Below are positions 52,612-64,000 of a stretch of DNA of 64,000 bases, in pieces. A program made the translations under genes and the position numbers. The first letter of the stretch is position 1, and each line of letters opens with the position of its first letter. Source of the stretch: Paramecium tetraurelia (Eukaryota); contig CT868025.1 of the NCBI GenBank assembly GCA_000165425.1, positions 124,001-188,000 of the forward strand, read 5' to 3'. The notes beneath the pieces were generated by a model that was given only the letters and a program-made list of their open reading frames with translations, had not been told where the DNA came from and ran no database searches.

Positions 52612-53806
52612 TCATATTAACAAATCGTTAATGGTTTGGTTTCTAGCATCGAAATTATATTCTGATTGAATTCCATTTCTTTACATGTAAGGCAGATTGT
52701 ATTTTAAACATTCTTCATATTCTTGTTGAAGTTATTATAGATGAGGATTATTCATGAATTCAATGTCCTCTTCCTTTTTTATACTTGGATGATGTTCCAT
52801 TTCATGTTGAGGATTCCAAAATTCTTATTGAATATTAGAATAATAATATTTCTATTATTCTAACATCATATAGTAATAAGGATCATGTGCTTCATAATTG
52901 GCGATGACATTTGCCTCTTCTTTTAAAATATAGTATTAAATTTTACCTGCTTTTGGTAAGTCTGTTTGTGGATTCTTCTTTTTTCTGCCTGCTCTGCTCC
53001 TTTCAGCACGAGGTAAACGTTTTCCGTTTTCTCCTCTCAAAGCGTATGGGTTAAACTTCTGATGATGACTTCTGCACTAACTTGGTGTTCTAGTACCAAT
53101 TAGTTCACTCATTTATTTGAATATTTTTGATGTCTTTTTCATCATTGAGGATGTCATTATATCCTCATATTGCTATAAAAAGGATATATAGGTCGAATGT
53201 TCATCGGTTGACCAATGACCAGTATTTATGTTTTCTTTCTTTGGCTTTTTAATTTGAGAATGTTGTCCTTTCTCTTTTTATGTCTATTAAGAACCTTCCT
53301 GGGAACCTTAGCCATCTTGATGGGGATTGGAAACAATGTCAGATTGAAGTTTAGGCAATGGGCTGCCTTGTGTGTAATGAAACACTGGATATGGTTGTTT
53401 AATACTAGGGTGAGAATGAATTATTGTACATTTAATCTGGTTGGATGATTATTTGTTGTTGATCCTCAACGAACTATTTGTCGGATTCCAATGTCTTAGG
53501 TAAAAGCCCCTTGGAATCGTTATTCCTTTTCAATGAAATTAAATTCAATTACTTATGTTTTTTATTTTTTTTATTTTTTATTTGGCTTGGAATCTCGTGT
53601 TCTTGTACGAACTCAAATTAATAAGGAGGAAATGTTTGTGGATAAAAATTCTATTGAAATAAGTTGAACTCATTATAATTTGAAGCCTGGCTCAATTCTG
53701 AATATTAGATTATTATCATACTTGCTTGTTCAATATCCCCTTAGAATTACACTTGTGCTTCATTCACATAAGGGAAGTAATTTTGATATTGCTGAACGTT
53801 CATCAT
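52612..53806 (-). CDS. Single-repeat Myb-like (SHAQKYF-class) DNA-binding protein
   Basis: NTGHWSTDEHSTYISFL...FKQMSELIGTRTPSQCRSHHQKF (~53050-53230). Confidence 0.85.
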
Positions 53807-53872
53807 ATATATTTAGAAAATATTTGTTTTACAATTTTTAATTAATATTAATCCAATAACATACTTAATTTC

Positions 53873-56800
53873 TCAAGTTAAATCATCCTTCACCACCATC
53901 TGTCGAATTATCCTATCCAATTGATTGTCCAAAAACAAGGACTGCTGAGGAAGCAACAATAAAAATCGCTTCATCAAGTTGAATTCCCATTTAAAATATG
54001 ACAATATTTTAGTGTAAACCAACACAATGACCAGCACAACTAGTATGATGAACATCAAATTTATTATCTAAATTTAAAGTTAACAAATTACCAATATTTG
54101 TGAAATCAATTCATCAGTTGACTTCTTCAACTAATTTTAAAATTTCGATTTCAAAACTGAAATTGTATCATACAATATCAATCCAGCCTCAAGTTCTTAC
54201 TAGGTCGTATATACCTTAAGAGCAAATCCATTAGTTTGAGCATACTCGTTAAGTAAACTGTTTTTTATATCTGTACCAGCAGCCTAAAACCCTTTCCTCA
54301 AAACTCCTTAATAAACGGCATCACAATGACTTTAAGCCAACTCAATTTTATTCTTTTAATAAAAATCTAAAATTTACATCTGGCAAGAATTAACACACAT
54401 CAGAACTCATCATCAGATTCATTTATGATACGAAATCCTCAGATGTTATATATTTATTTGTATCCAATTCAGATATTAAAGATAAGAAATTGTTGATAAT
54501 TTCAATCTAATTAAAGAAATTTTGCACAAAAAAAGTGGCATTTTTATCTGGAAAAAAGTAAAAGAGATTTGTTAATGGAAACTTTTAATAATACGTAACA
54601 TCTCTCATAGAGAATATTCCACTGACTGCAATGCATAAGTCTGATAAGGAGTTAAAAAATGTTGTTGTATCTGGATACTTATAAAAGTAATTTCTTCCCA
54701 AGGAATTTGTAATAAAACAAAAAATAAAGCAAATTCCAAATAGCAATGTAAATGTTAATATTGATGGCAACATTGACATTCTTTAATTTAAATTGGCAAT
54801 TTGGCCTTTTTACTTTGATTTATTGTTTTTTTAATTCTAAGCAATTTTCTCCTTCCTTATATCCTCTGCTGCTAAGAATTTCTCCTTTATATCAATATCA
54901 AACTAATATTTAAATAAAACATCAGAATCTTTAATCAATAGGGAGGCTATCCCTCTATATCTATCTATATCTCTTTATAACCATACAGCGTCTATAAAAC
55001 TGAAGAGTTAAAGAAAATTATTGTATTAATTTAGATAAGCCTTATAAAATGAGAAGGTAATAAACAATAATAGCAAACAAACTAGTATTATTGGAATCAG
55101 AAGGTAGTTCCATTTATCTGATACAGTGCCTGATCGAGTTATTGAGTAGTTTACCATCTCTTCGTTTAATATCTACAACTATTCTACAAATGTTTAATAA
55201 TTTCCATACAGGAATACCAAAAACCCTTAAGTTAAATCTAAAGTAACGATATTATAATAATCTATATTGACAAAATTGTAACAGGCCTCTAGATATAAAT
55301 ACATGGATTCTCTTGCAGATATTGTATAATTAGTTGTATTTGGATACTTTCCGACCATAATGTTGAAGTATTTATCTTCAAAAAAGGGATTCAAATAAGG
55401 ATTTGACAATTATTTAGTAAAACTATCCTTGAGTTCAATGTAAGTATAATTTATATCCTTGATTGAATACTGCATTTTTTAAATCTAAGTTGTAATAGTG
55501 ATGTTAGGGTACAATAACATTAGTACAATATAAGTTGTCAATGAATTCTAAGCATCAATGTATTTATTAACTGGTCCAATAATGTTAGATTTTATTTAAA
55601 TTAAATCCAGCTCTTCCAAAAATCTGACCAAATCATCGTTTGAATAATAGAGCATAATCCCACTATAAACTAAAAATAAACTTAACATAATTGTCAGAAA
55701 TACAAACATTATTTTAAAATTTTTTGAAAACTTAGTTGAGTTTATCAATTTTTCAATTAAATCATACTTTTTAGAGTATTTTGATTTCTTTAATCCTGCT
55801 ATTGAACTTACTTATGATCCAATGTCATCAATGTGAACTATTCGCTACTCTTTGGAGTCCATTTACATTTGCATTCTTATGTTTTCTTATAATTCCTAAT
55901 CTATATCATCATATTAAAGTTTATCAATTTAATTTTCAATTATCTGATTTTTTTTTATTTCACTACTTTATTGAAAAGATGAAGAATAGTCTTCTTATTC
56001 ATTTTATTCGTCTGACTTAAAAAATTATTATTTCTTTAGATACTGCTTATTTTAAATTGAAGTTACATTAAAATCTGGGTTTTTATTCTCTATCAGTCTT
56101 AACCCACTATCTTTAGGACTCATCATTGATTAATTTTGATATGGTTATTAATAAGATTAATTCATGCTTTTATCATTAGCCCTTAATTTTTTCACGTTGT
56201 ATTCAAATTAATCAAAATGGTCTAAATTATCAAGATTTTCAGGTTGATCTTACAATCCATATAATTCTATTGCTTTTGGCATATTAACTGCAAATTCTAT
56301 ATCTTCCTACTCGATTTCCATGACATCCAAACTTTCAAAATCTTAATTTGAATTATATCCTAATGTCATTTATGGATCAGGCATTGTGGCTTCTGTTCTA
56401 GATTATTTTTTCATTTCTTTGATCTCAATTATTATATAATTCAATTCAGTCTTGAAATTTCTTATATGCAAAACGCAATCAACTTAATAGTTAACTAAAT
56501 GATCCTAGTTGTCCCAATTTAATTTTTAGTTGCTTTATAAGAGCAAAGCTTAAGGAATGTACATCTGTAAAGAATATTCACTAACTTAGGTTGTATCCAC
56601 TATATCTTAATTAATATCAGATGCCCTAGTTATGTTGACCTCAAGTATTGAGGAAATTTTAGGGAAGACTTTGCTTAAAGAGACTTTTTGAAATGCTTAA
56701 GCCAATTCTTTATTTAATTTATTGCTGTAATTCAATTTATTAATAAAGTTTTTTGAGATTCCTGACACCTTATGATTAGATAAGGAAAATAGATAGACAC

Positions 56801-59165
56801 TTTGAGTTTCAACATTTTATAGAAAGCAAGCAAAAGTTAAGTCATCCAAATTCATAAAATTGATGTCATAAAAGAAGTCTATCGTTTTAATAAAGCTTTA
56901 CTGGTATTAACAAAAGTTCAAGTTAATTTATCTGAAGTATTTTGATACTCCATGTTACAGAAAATTGGCAACTAATTTTTCATGTACTGTTTCAAATCCT
57001 TAAGGTAGTATTGCATTGATTTAGGAGATCATTTTAAAGGAATCTTAGGATAATCCAAAAAATTGGTGTATCATATTTGAACCACTTCTAATTGCTAATT
57101 TATGTGATTTTTAATCAAATCCTATGATGAGATAATCGATTTTATTAGAAAATAGGTCAAAATTAGTTGAGGACTACATTTTCAACAATTTTTCATCTGA
57201 AATGGAAGCGATGGTTGCTATTTTATAAGCAGAAAAATAATTATTCATAATTTCGGATTAATAAAATGTATTGAGTGCTTGCATCTTTTAACTTGGAAAC
57301 TGATCATATAATTTGTATAACTAATCTTCAAGATCGTTCATTTGAATAAGTAATTTTTTACCAGCTTAAAAAATAATAATATCATTGCTTAATTGATTTA
57401 AATTATTGTAGAATTCCCTTTTCCTATTTATCATCTTAACTACTTTTTTTCTTAATTTTTTATTGTTTTCTTCAGATTGCAGAAATAATTTAACAGCATG
57501 TTCTAAATTCTCCGAAAGTTGAGCAGACTATTTAGAAAATCCTATGCTCATAGATTACTTGATCTATTCTTAAACTAGATTAAGCTTTTATTTTATGATG
57601 AATCCCAAATTGTTTAATCTAATATGAGTTGTACTTTATGTATTTTTATCTCCTCCTACTTTTGATTTCTATAGTGAATGACTCTTAACTTCTTAACTAT
57701 TGTTTACATCTTTTTTCTCACTTTATTATCGATAAAATTTTTAGTTTACTAAATTAGTAGCAGATGAACTAAATTAGATCTGTTCGCTGTCAATTTAAGC
57801 TAAAAAATTTGATTATTAAAATGCCTTTGTATTCAATCCTAGATAGTTAATGAGAGATAAGTAATGCAAGAAGAATGATTAACGGGCAGATTCATCTTTT
57901 GTTCTTGAAATCATTATGTCAAAGTACTTGACCTAATCTTTAAGGAATAATATGATGGTATCTTCAAAGGAAAGTATTTGTCTCTTGCATATGCATTTGG
58001 AATCTTCACATTCATCCTAGTGTGTCTATTTAAATAGATGGATATATGTCATCTTCTTTTTGTTTTGCAAGTAATTCGATTATAAATAACCATAATCATG
58101 GATGATATTACCAATTTTATATTATAACATATCAGCTGTAATTTTTGAACTATTAGTCACCATTAAGGATTCATGTATTTTAATTTGGTAACTCTAAATG
58201 ATTCCATTTAAAATTGGTGAAATCAATAAGATTAATAACACATCATATGTATTTTGATTTTGTTTGGAAACTTGGTTGATGAATAATATTATGGCCAGTG
58301 TTATTTGAAAAAAATTACATTACACTTCAATTTTTTATCGATTATGCAAATTGGGATAACTCCATATCAAAGCCCAAAAATTACTAACTTGCTTGACTAG
58401 TATTATACTGAAAATTAGATAGAATTTGGTTAGAGGAGAACTGTCCATTTGATCAATAACTAAAATAATTAGATTCGATAAGGATTTCCAATAATTACTA
58501 AAGGTAACTTACAGCAATTATAAATTTTGAGGAGTAACAGAGATTGATTCTAAATTACAAAATAATTGAATCAAAAAATTCCCTAATACCAAGATAAGCG
58601 TTATTATTGAAAATGACAAATTAATCATGTTGATGGACGAATTTTTTGTATTTTAGAATATGGAGCTCAATGCTAATTCTGTCAAAGGAATTATAGTAAT
58701 GTAATACATCAATGAATGAAAATATGATAAAATTCTTAAAAGAACTTAAATTAATCTATTTTAACTTTTCAAAAATTCTCTTAATCTATGCTACTTTTTA
58801 TTTTTTCCCAAAGACATTATAAATAAATATATCAGTAGAATCTGATAAAGTATTGTGATGCATAAGGGTATTAAATAACTCAATTCATTAAATTGCTCAT
58901 TTAAGCTTAATCTTAATCGAGATGCCAAAGAAATTTCTCTAATAAAAGTGAAGAAATTGATTCCCTTTTTGTAAAATTCATCTTGATAATTCAACAATAA
59001 AAAGCTTAATTCTTAAAGGGTGGAAAATATCAATATGATATTAATTATGGCGCTATTGAATTTAACAAAGTGTTGTTCACAAAGTATTCTAACTTAAATA
59101 TAGAATTCAATAAATCTTTCATCTAAAGAACTTTTTTATTTTTGTTTCTTTTTTCCTTATTTCAT
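53873..59165 (-). CDS. Large multi-pass membrane protein with a PAS-like domain (TmcB/TmcC-like), copy B
   Basis: Paralogue of 14758-20107, sharing DDIGSQVSSIAGLKKSKYSKKYDLI, DSDVLFKYQFDID and SLFLDNQLDR. The two 3' introns are at the same positions. Confidence 0.75.
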
Positions 59166-60458
59166 TAGGTCAATATGATGATTATCAACAATTATCTATA
59201 TTTATTAAATTAGATAAAAAATAAAAGTTCATATTCTCTACACTGAATAATGTATTAAATCATAATTGTACAATTATGTACTTTTATAAGTATCCATCCT
59301 TTTCAATCCCTGCATGTGATTTGCTGAAGAATATAAATTAATAATTAACAGGCTCAGGTTACCTTAAAGAATTGGATTAAATGAGATGACAATGCTTAAG
59401 AAATTGATATCTGCATGTAAATATTGAATAAGGGAAAGGTTTCAATTAAATGTAAATAAAATTGTAAAATTACAAATTATCATGGTCTCTTGACATTTTT
59501 AAAGAGTTCATTTTCTTTTATAAAATGAAGTCAAATAAATCAAGTTGAAAAAATTTGAAATAATTATATTTTATAATTGAGAATTAATATCTAATTTTAG
59601 GCAATCGCACGATAAAATTTAAAGTTAGCATAAATTAAAAATGTTCTAAATAAAATAGATAGAGATGATTTATTCAATTATAAAAGATAAAAATTGAAAC
59701 ACACAAAGGACACTTACTATAATTAATTTGAACAAAGCAGATCAAGTATTTAAGGACATAATAAATTCAAATGTAATCTCAAAATTATATAAATTAAATA
59801 TAATTTTGCAAGAAAATTGGCTAATTGAATTATAATTTTTCATCATTTCACATTATCGATTACTTAGTTTAATTCAAATCTGTTATTAGTATTTAAGTAA
59901 TTAATCATTAAATTATGATAATTTAAGTCAAAAACCTGCCTTTGCCTTCTAATAATGAATTACCATTTCGAACAGTTTCATTCCTATAAATACTCTGCTT
60001 ATTAATTTGTTAATAGTTTTAAAAAATTTATTAATAAATTGAATTACAAAATTCTAATTGATTTAAAAATATCAATATGATGAAATGAGAATATACAGCA
60101 TATAAAATTGGAAGTGTAAATGTATTTGCGGGATCTATTAATAAAATACAACTTTGAAATCTAGCAAAAATTTAGACATTTGAAAATAAATCTTAGAGAA
60201 TGAGAGCGATGTTCAAAGAATTAAAAATAGACAATTTATAATGTGAAGAATTTATTTAAAAAGCATCAATGATAAGTTAAATTAAATAAACAACCTATTA
60301 ACAATTCATCATTTAATTTATAAGTATTAAATAAGTCTAGAGCACATAAGAGAATATATTTTAATTTTAGTTTGGAATATAAGAAACTTCAAGGCAATAA
60401 TAAACCAAAGGAAGAAAATACTTAGAAAATGATTAAATTATGCAAATGTATTTAAAAT

Positions 60459-61569
60459 TCAATTTCCAGACTTTGAAAATACATTAGCATCTAGAGTCTT
60501 ATCTTTTTCCATTTTTAATTCAGCAATTAACCACTATAAATCTATTTTCTCTTTTTATATTATGCATTTAATATCATCAATTACACTTCGAGCTCGCTTA
60601 TCCAATCTAGTTTTGCTGTTATTAACATCCTTTGATATATCATATAAATACTTATGCAATAAAGTATTGGGATACAGCTGGATGCTTATAGATTTCCTCG
60701 AATGAAAATCTCTTGTTTTCATCAACTTATAAGCATCCAATTATTAAATCTTTAGTTTTCTAAGAAATTTAATTTTTGTCATTAGGGAATTATAAAGGCT
60801 AAGTTTTTATGTTTTTTATGAGTTCAGGAGGTGATCTGGCTGTCCAAGGCGCTTTTAAATATTGTGAAGATTCTTACTCTTTCCAAATAAGGCCTCATAC
60901 AATATGATTCCTAAACTCCAGACATCAGTTTTGGAGTTATACATTTGCCGATCTAAAAGTTGAGGACTCATGTAAAGTGGTGTTCCAACGATAGAATCCA
61001 TCATAGATTTATTATAATTGCTCACAAACTTGGCAAAGCCAAAGTTAGCCAATTTATAGGTCTTGGTTATGAAAACACAAATACTTATTTATCAATTAAA
61101 ATATTTTCAGGTTTAAGATTTCTATGAGTTACACCATTTTTTATAAGTTGAGTAAAACCATTAAGTATATCAATCAAAAGTTTGATTGTATCTTTTTCAG
61201 AAAGTAATTTTCTTTTCTTCAAAAGTCTGAAATCTATTAAATAGAATACTCATAAAAATTTCCTCCATCACAGTATTCTTAAACAATATAATAATTATTA
61301 TTTGTTTTCATGACTTCCAAAACAGCCACAATATTTGGACTCTGTAATTGATACATAATCTTAACTTCTTGAAAAAGTCCTTCCCTTAAATAGTCATCTC
61401 TATCTTGATGAATAAATTATTACGAATCTATTACCGATTTACTCAACATCTTGATAGTTACCTTCTCCCCAGTTTTTTCATTGATTCCTCTATAAACTTC
61501 AGCATTATATCCTTGTCCAATTCTATTATTTACATTAATAATATATTTGTCAATTCTTTTGTCAAACAT
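60459..61569 (-). CDS. ULK/ATG1-like Ser/Thr kinase homologue lacking both catalytic Asp residues (pseudokinase or decaying gene)
   Basis: IGQGYNAEVY, VTIK, HRNLKPEN, ANFGFAK, VGTPLYMSPQ, KTDVWSLG. Five short introns; TGA at 60459-60461. Confidence 0.8.
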
Positions 61570-61768
61570 CAAAACCAATTTATTTTGTTTTCAATTTAAT
61601 TTAATAACCAAGATAAGAGGATATCTTAAAGTAAAATAATATCAGATAATCCTTTTACATACTTTAATTATATTCGTTGCAAATATAAGAAAACTTTTGT
61701 TTTGAGATTTAGAAGAGTAAAGAAAGAGGCAATTAATATGAAAATATGAATTTAATATTTAATTAATT

Positions 61769-64000
61769 ATGCAATGGATTAAAGACTATATGAATCTGAT
61801 AATTTAGACAAATTTGTCACCATCATTAAATAGTGTCAAATTCATTACTTTTGAGATTCTGATCTACTATTTGTAACTCACACACTTCATTATGCAAAAG
61901 TATGATGAAAATGTTTTCAGATTGATTAAAAGCATATCAGAAATATGTGTTCTTACTCCTTTGTTTTAAGATATCTATGCCATCAATGTTCTCACTGGCG
62001 TATTGCTTACCATGCTAAACTGTTTACCCTATCTAATAATATTGCATAGAAAATTTACAATTGAACATTCAAATGTATCAGTCATATCCAAATCATTATC
62101 TCAGGTATAAGCAAACCTAAATTAAGTCTGCCACAAAGTTAGTCAATTGTTATTTCCTGTATTTCAATTGGTTTTTTTACTTACCTCAGATGCATTACAT
62201 AGGTTGGAATTTTTTAAGTCAGAGTGACCTACTTCTAGTTGTGCTTTCAGTGATAATACTCTGCATTTCTACAGGATCGTTGCTGATTTCCAATATCTAC
62301 TTCATCAATTTTGAATTCAATGAGTAGTCACTAAGAAAGCATTTTACCTACTATAATTGTTTCGCACAATTGTTGATTATCCCCATGGCTATTTTGAATC
62401 AAAGTGCTGATTCATTGTACTAAATGGCTGGCAGAATATTTCACAGTATTATTCTATTTGTCTTGATTTATGAAGCCTATGTGGAACTACCATTTGGGTA
62501 ATTGTAATTGAATAAACTTTAGATTCTCAAAATACTCAACCATCTACAATAGATTATTAATTATGCATATATTACTATTTATTTTCACATCTATTTTGTA
62601 TTCAAACCCCGATCAAGCTTATAGTTCATTGGCTTTAATGTTAATCCTTCAACCAGTCTCCTAGTATCTCTTTTAAACATTAATACAACACAAAAGATTA
62701 AAGACCTATCATAATACTTTAAATTAATATTACGAATTGTTAGTCATAGAAGATTTCTTTGACTTAATCTAGGCTGCCTAGAAGAGTAAGAAAAGAATTA
62801 TCGAGTTTAATCTAGAAATTTAGTTTGCATTTGAATCGCTGTCAGTCACTCAAATGCTAATGCAAGAAGATAGGAGCTGGAGGAGTCTTGAAATGGGAAG
62901 ATGCAGTCATTCTAACATCTTGTTTATTTAGAATTGGGTTTGAAAAGCACAGGAATGATTCCAAGAACCTCGAAATTTATAGTCTTAAATTCCTTACATT
63001 CATCAATAAATACAGAAATAATGCTCCAAAGAGTTATTAAGAGTTGAAGATCCTCTTTTAAAAGAAGCGAGAATATTCATTTTATTTCATTTAAATCTCC
63101 CTCTTATTATAGTTCATCTTACAGGCTCAGATGCAAAAGGACGAGGATTATAATATCAACAAGGATACTCGTGTATCTAATGTGAAACTATAAGTAAGCA
63201 AGAGTGAAAGAAGTATTGTATAAACATTATACTAAATGGAGTAAATTAAGTAGAATTTACTCCCCTTATTAATGCAGCTAAGTTAATTTAAGATTCAATT
63301 TTGGAAGCAATATTTGTCTGGTAAATTTTAGAATTTCTCTGAAATCGAAATTGAGGTTAAATAATTGCAACTTTTGAAAAACTAAATCTTAAATCAAATT
63401 AAAATTTATCAACCAATTTTTTATACGCATGGTCGCACATTTAATGTTCAATTCCTTAAATATAGCGCTTTGATTGATTTACTCTTGTTTAACAATGTTA
63501 GGAGATATTTTGAACTAGAAAGAGGTAATACATAATTTATATTGATAGAAAGAAGAGAAATTTTATAATTGGAAAAAAGCATGAATTCTTTTGAAACAAC
63601 CAATATTAACTTTTTTAAAGGGGAAGCCATATCTTTAAAAGTTTGCATTGCTTAAGGTCCAAATATTGGGAAAATTCTAAATGAAGTTATTTCACCTTTG
63701 ATCCCAAGGTTTTTTGGGTTCCATCACTTTGATAATCCATTAGAAGCTTTCCTCGATTTCACTAAAGGAAATATTAACACTCTAATGCCGTCTTGGTTAG
63801 AACCTGTTCATGATGAGATTATGTAAAATTACATTAGAAGAGGAGGCACTGCTAGGATAGGCAAGTACTTTTAAACTTTTGCAAAAATATATGATAAAAC
63901 ATTGATAAGATGTTAAGTCTATCTAGCCCATAATTTTAGTTAAAACTTAAGTGATGATTTTACTATGATTGGTTGTTTGAAATCCTTGGAAGTAGAATAA
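61769..64000 (+). CDS. Third, more distant TmcB/PAS-like multi-pass membrane protein, 5' part; runs off the right edge
   Basis: ATG 61769 (MQWIKDYMNLII) with several TM helices and three short introns. Helical linker FKIQFWKQY, then PAS-like FFGF...NINTLMPSWLEPVHDEIMQNYIRRG. Confidence 0.7.

Overview
Very AT-rich, gene-dense ciliate macronuclear DNA, most likely Paramecium. TAA/TAG read as Gln and only TGA stops (NCBI code 6). Genes carry 20-31 nt GT..AG introns, and intergenic gaps are often under 60 bp. The supplied standard-code ORF track is therefore fragmentary, and I retranslated the window by hand; all gene models are manual and approximate. About 25 protein genes are supported: CPA1 Na+/H+ exchanger, SEL1L/Hrd3, synaptojanin-like Sac phosphatase, CDK-like kinase, cyclic-nucleotide-binding protein, two ABCC transporters, three large PAS-like/TmcB-type membrane proteins, YTH protein, ODA-DC2-like coiled coil, TMEM135-like, NDR kinase, TRANK1-like UvrD helicase, TBC RabGAP, C2-TM protein, PRMT1-like, Myb and ULK-like kinase. 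There is also one tRNA with a UUA anticodon that reads the reassigned stop codon. The best lead is an intact PRMT1-like gene lacking its catalytic motifs, a candidate ciliate 'prozyme'. Other leads: a synaptojanin with a live Sac domain and a dead 5-phosphatase domain, an HRN/NFG pseudokinase, a YTH reader with a C-terminal prion-like domain, and a locally duplicated ABCC + PAS-membrane-protein pair.
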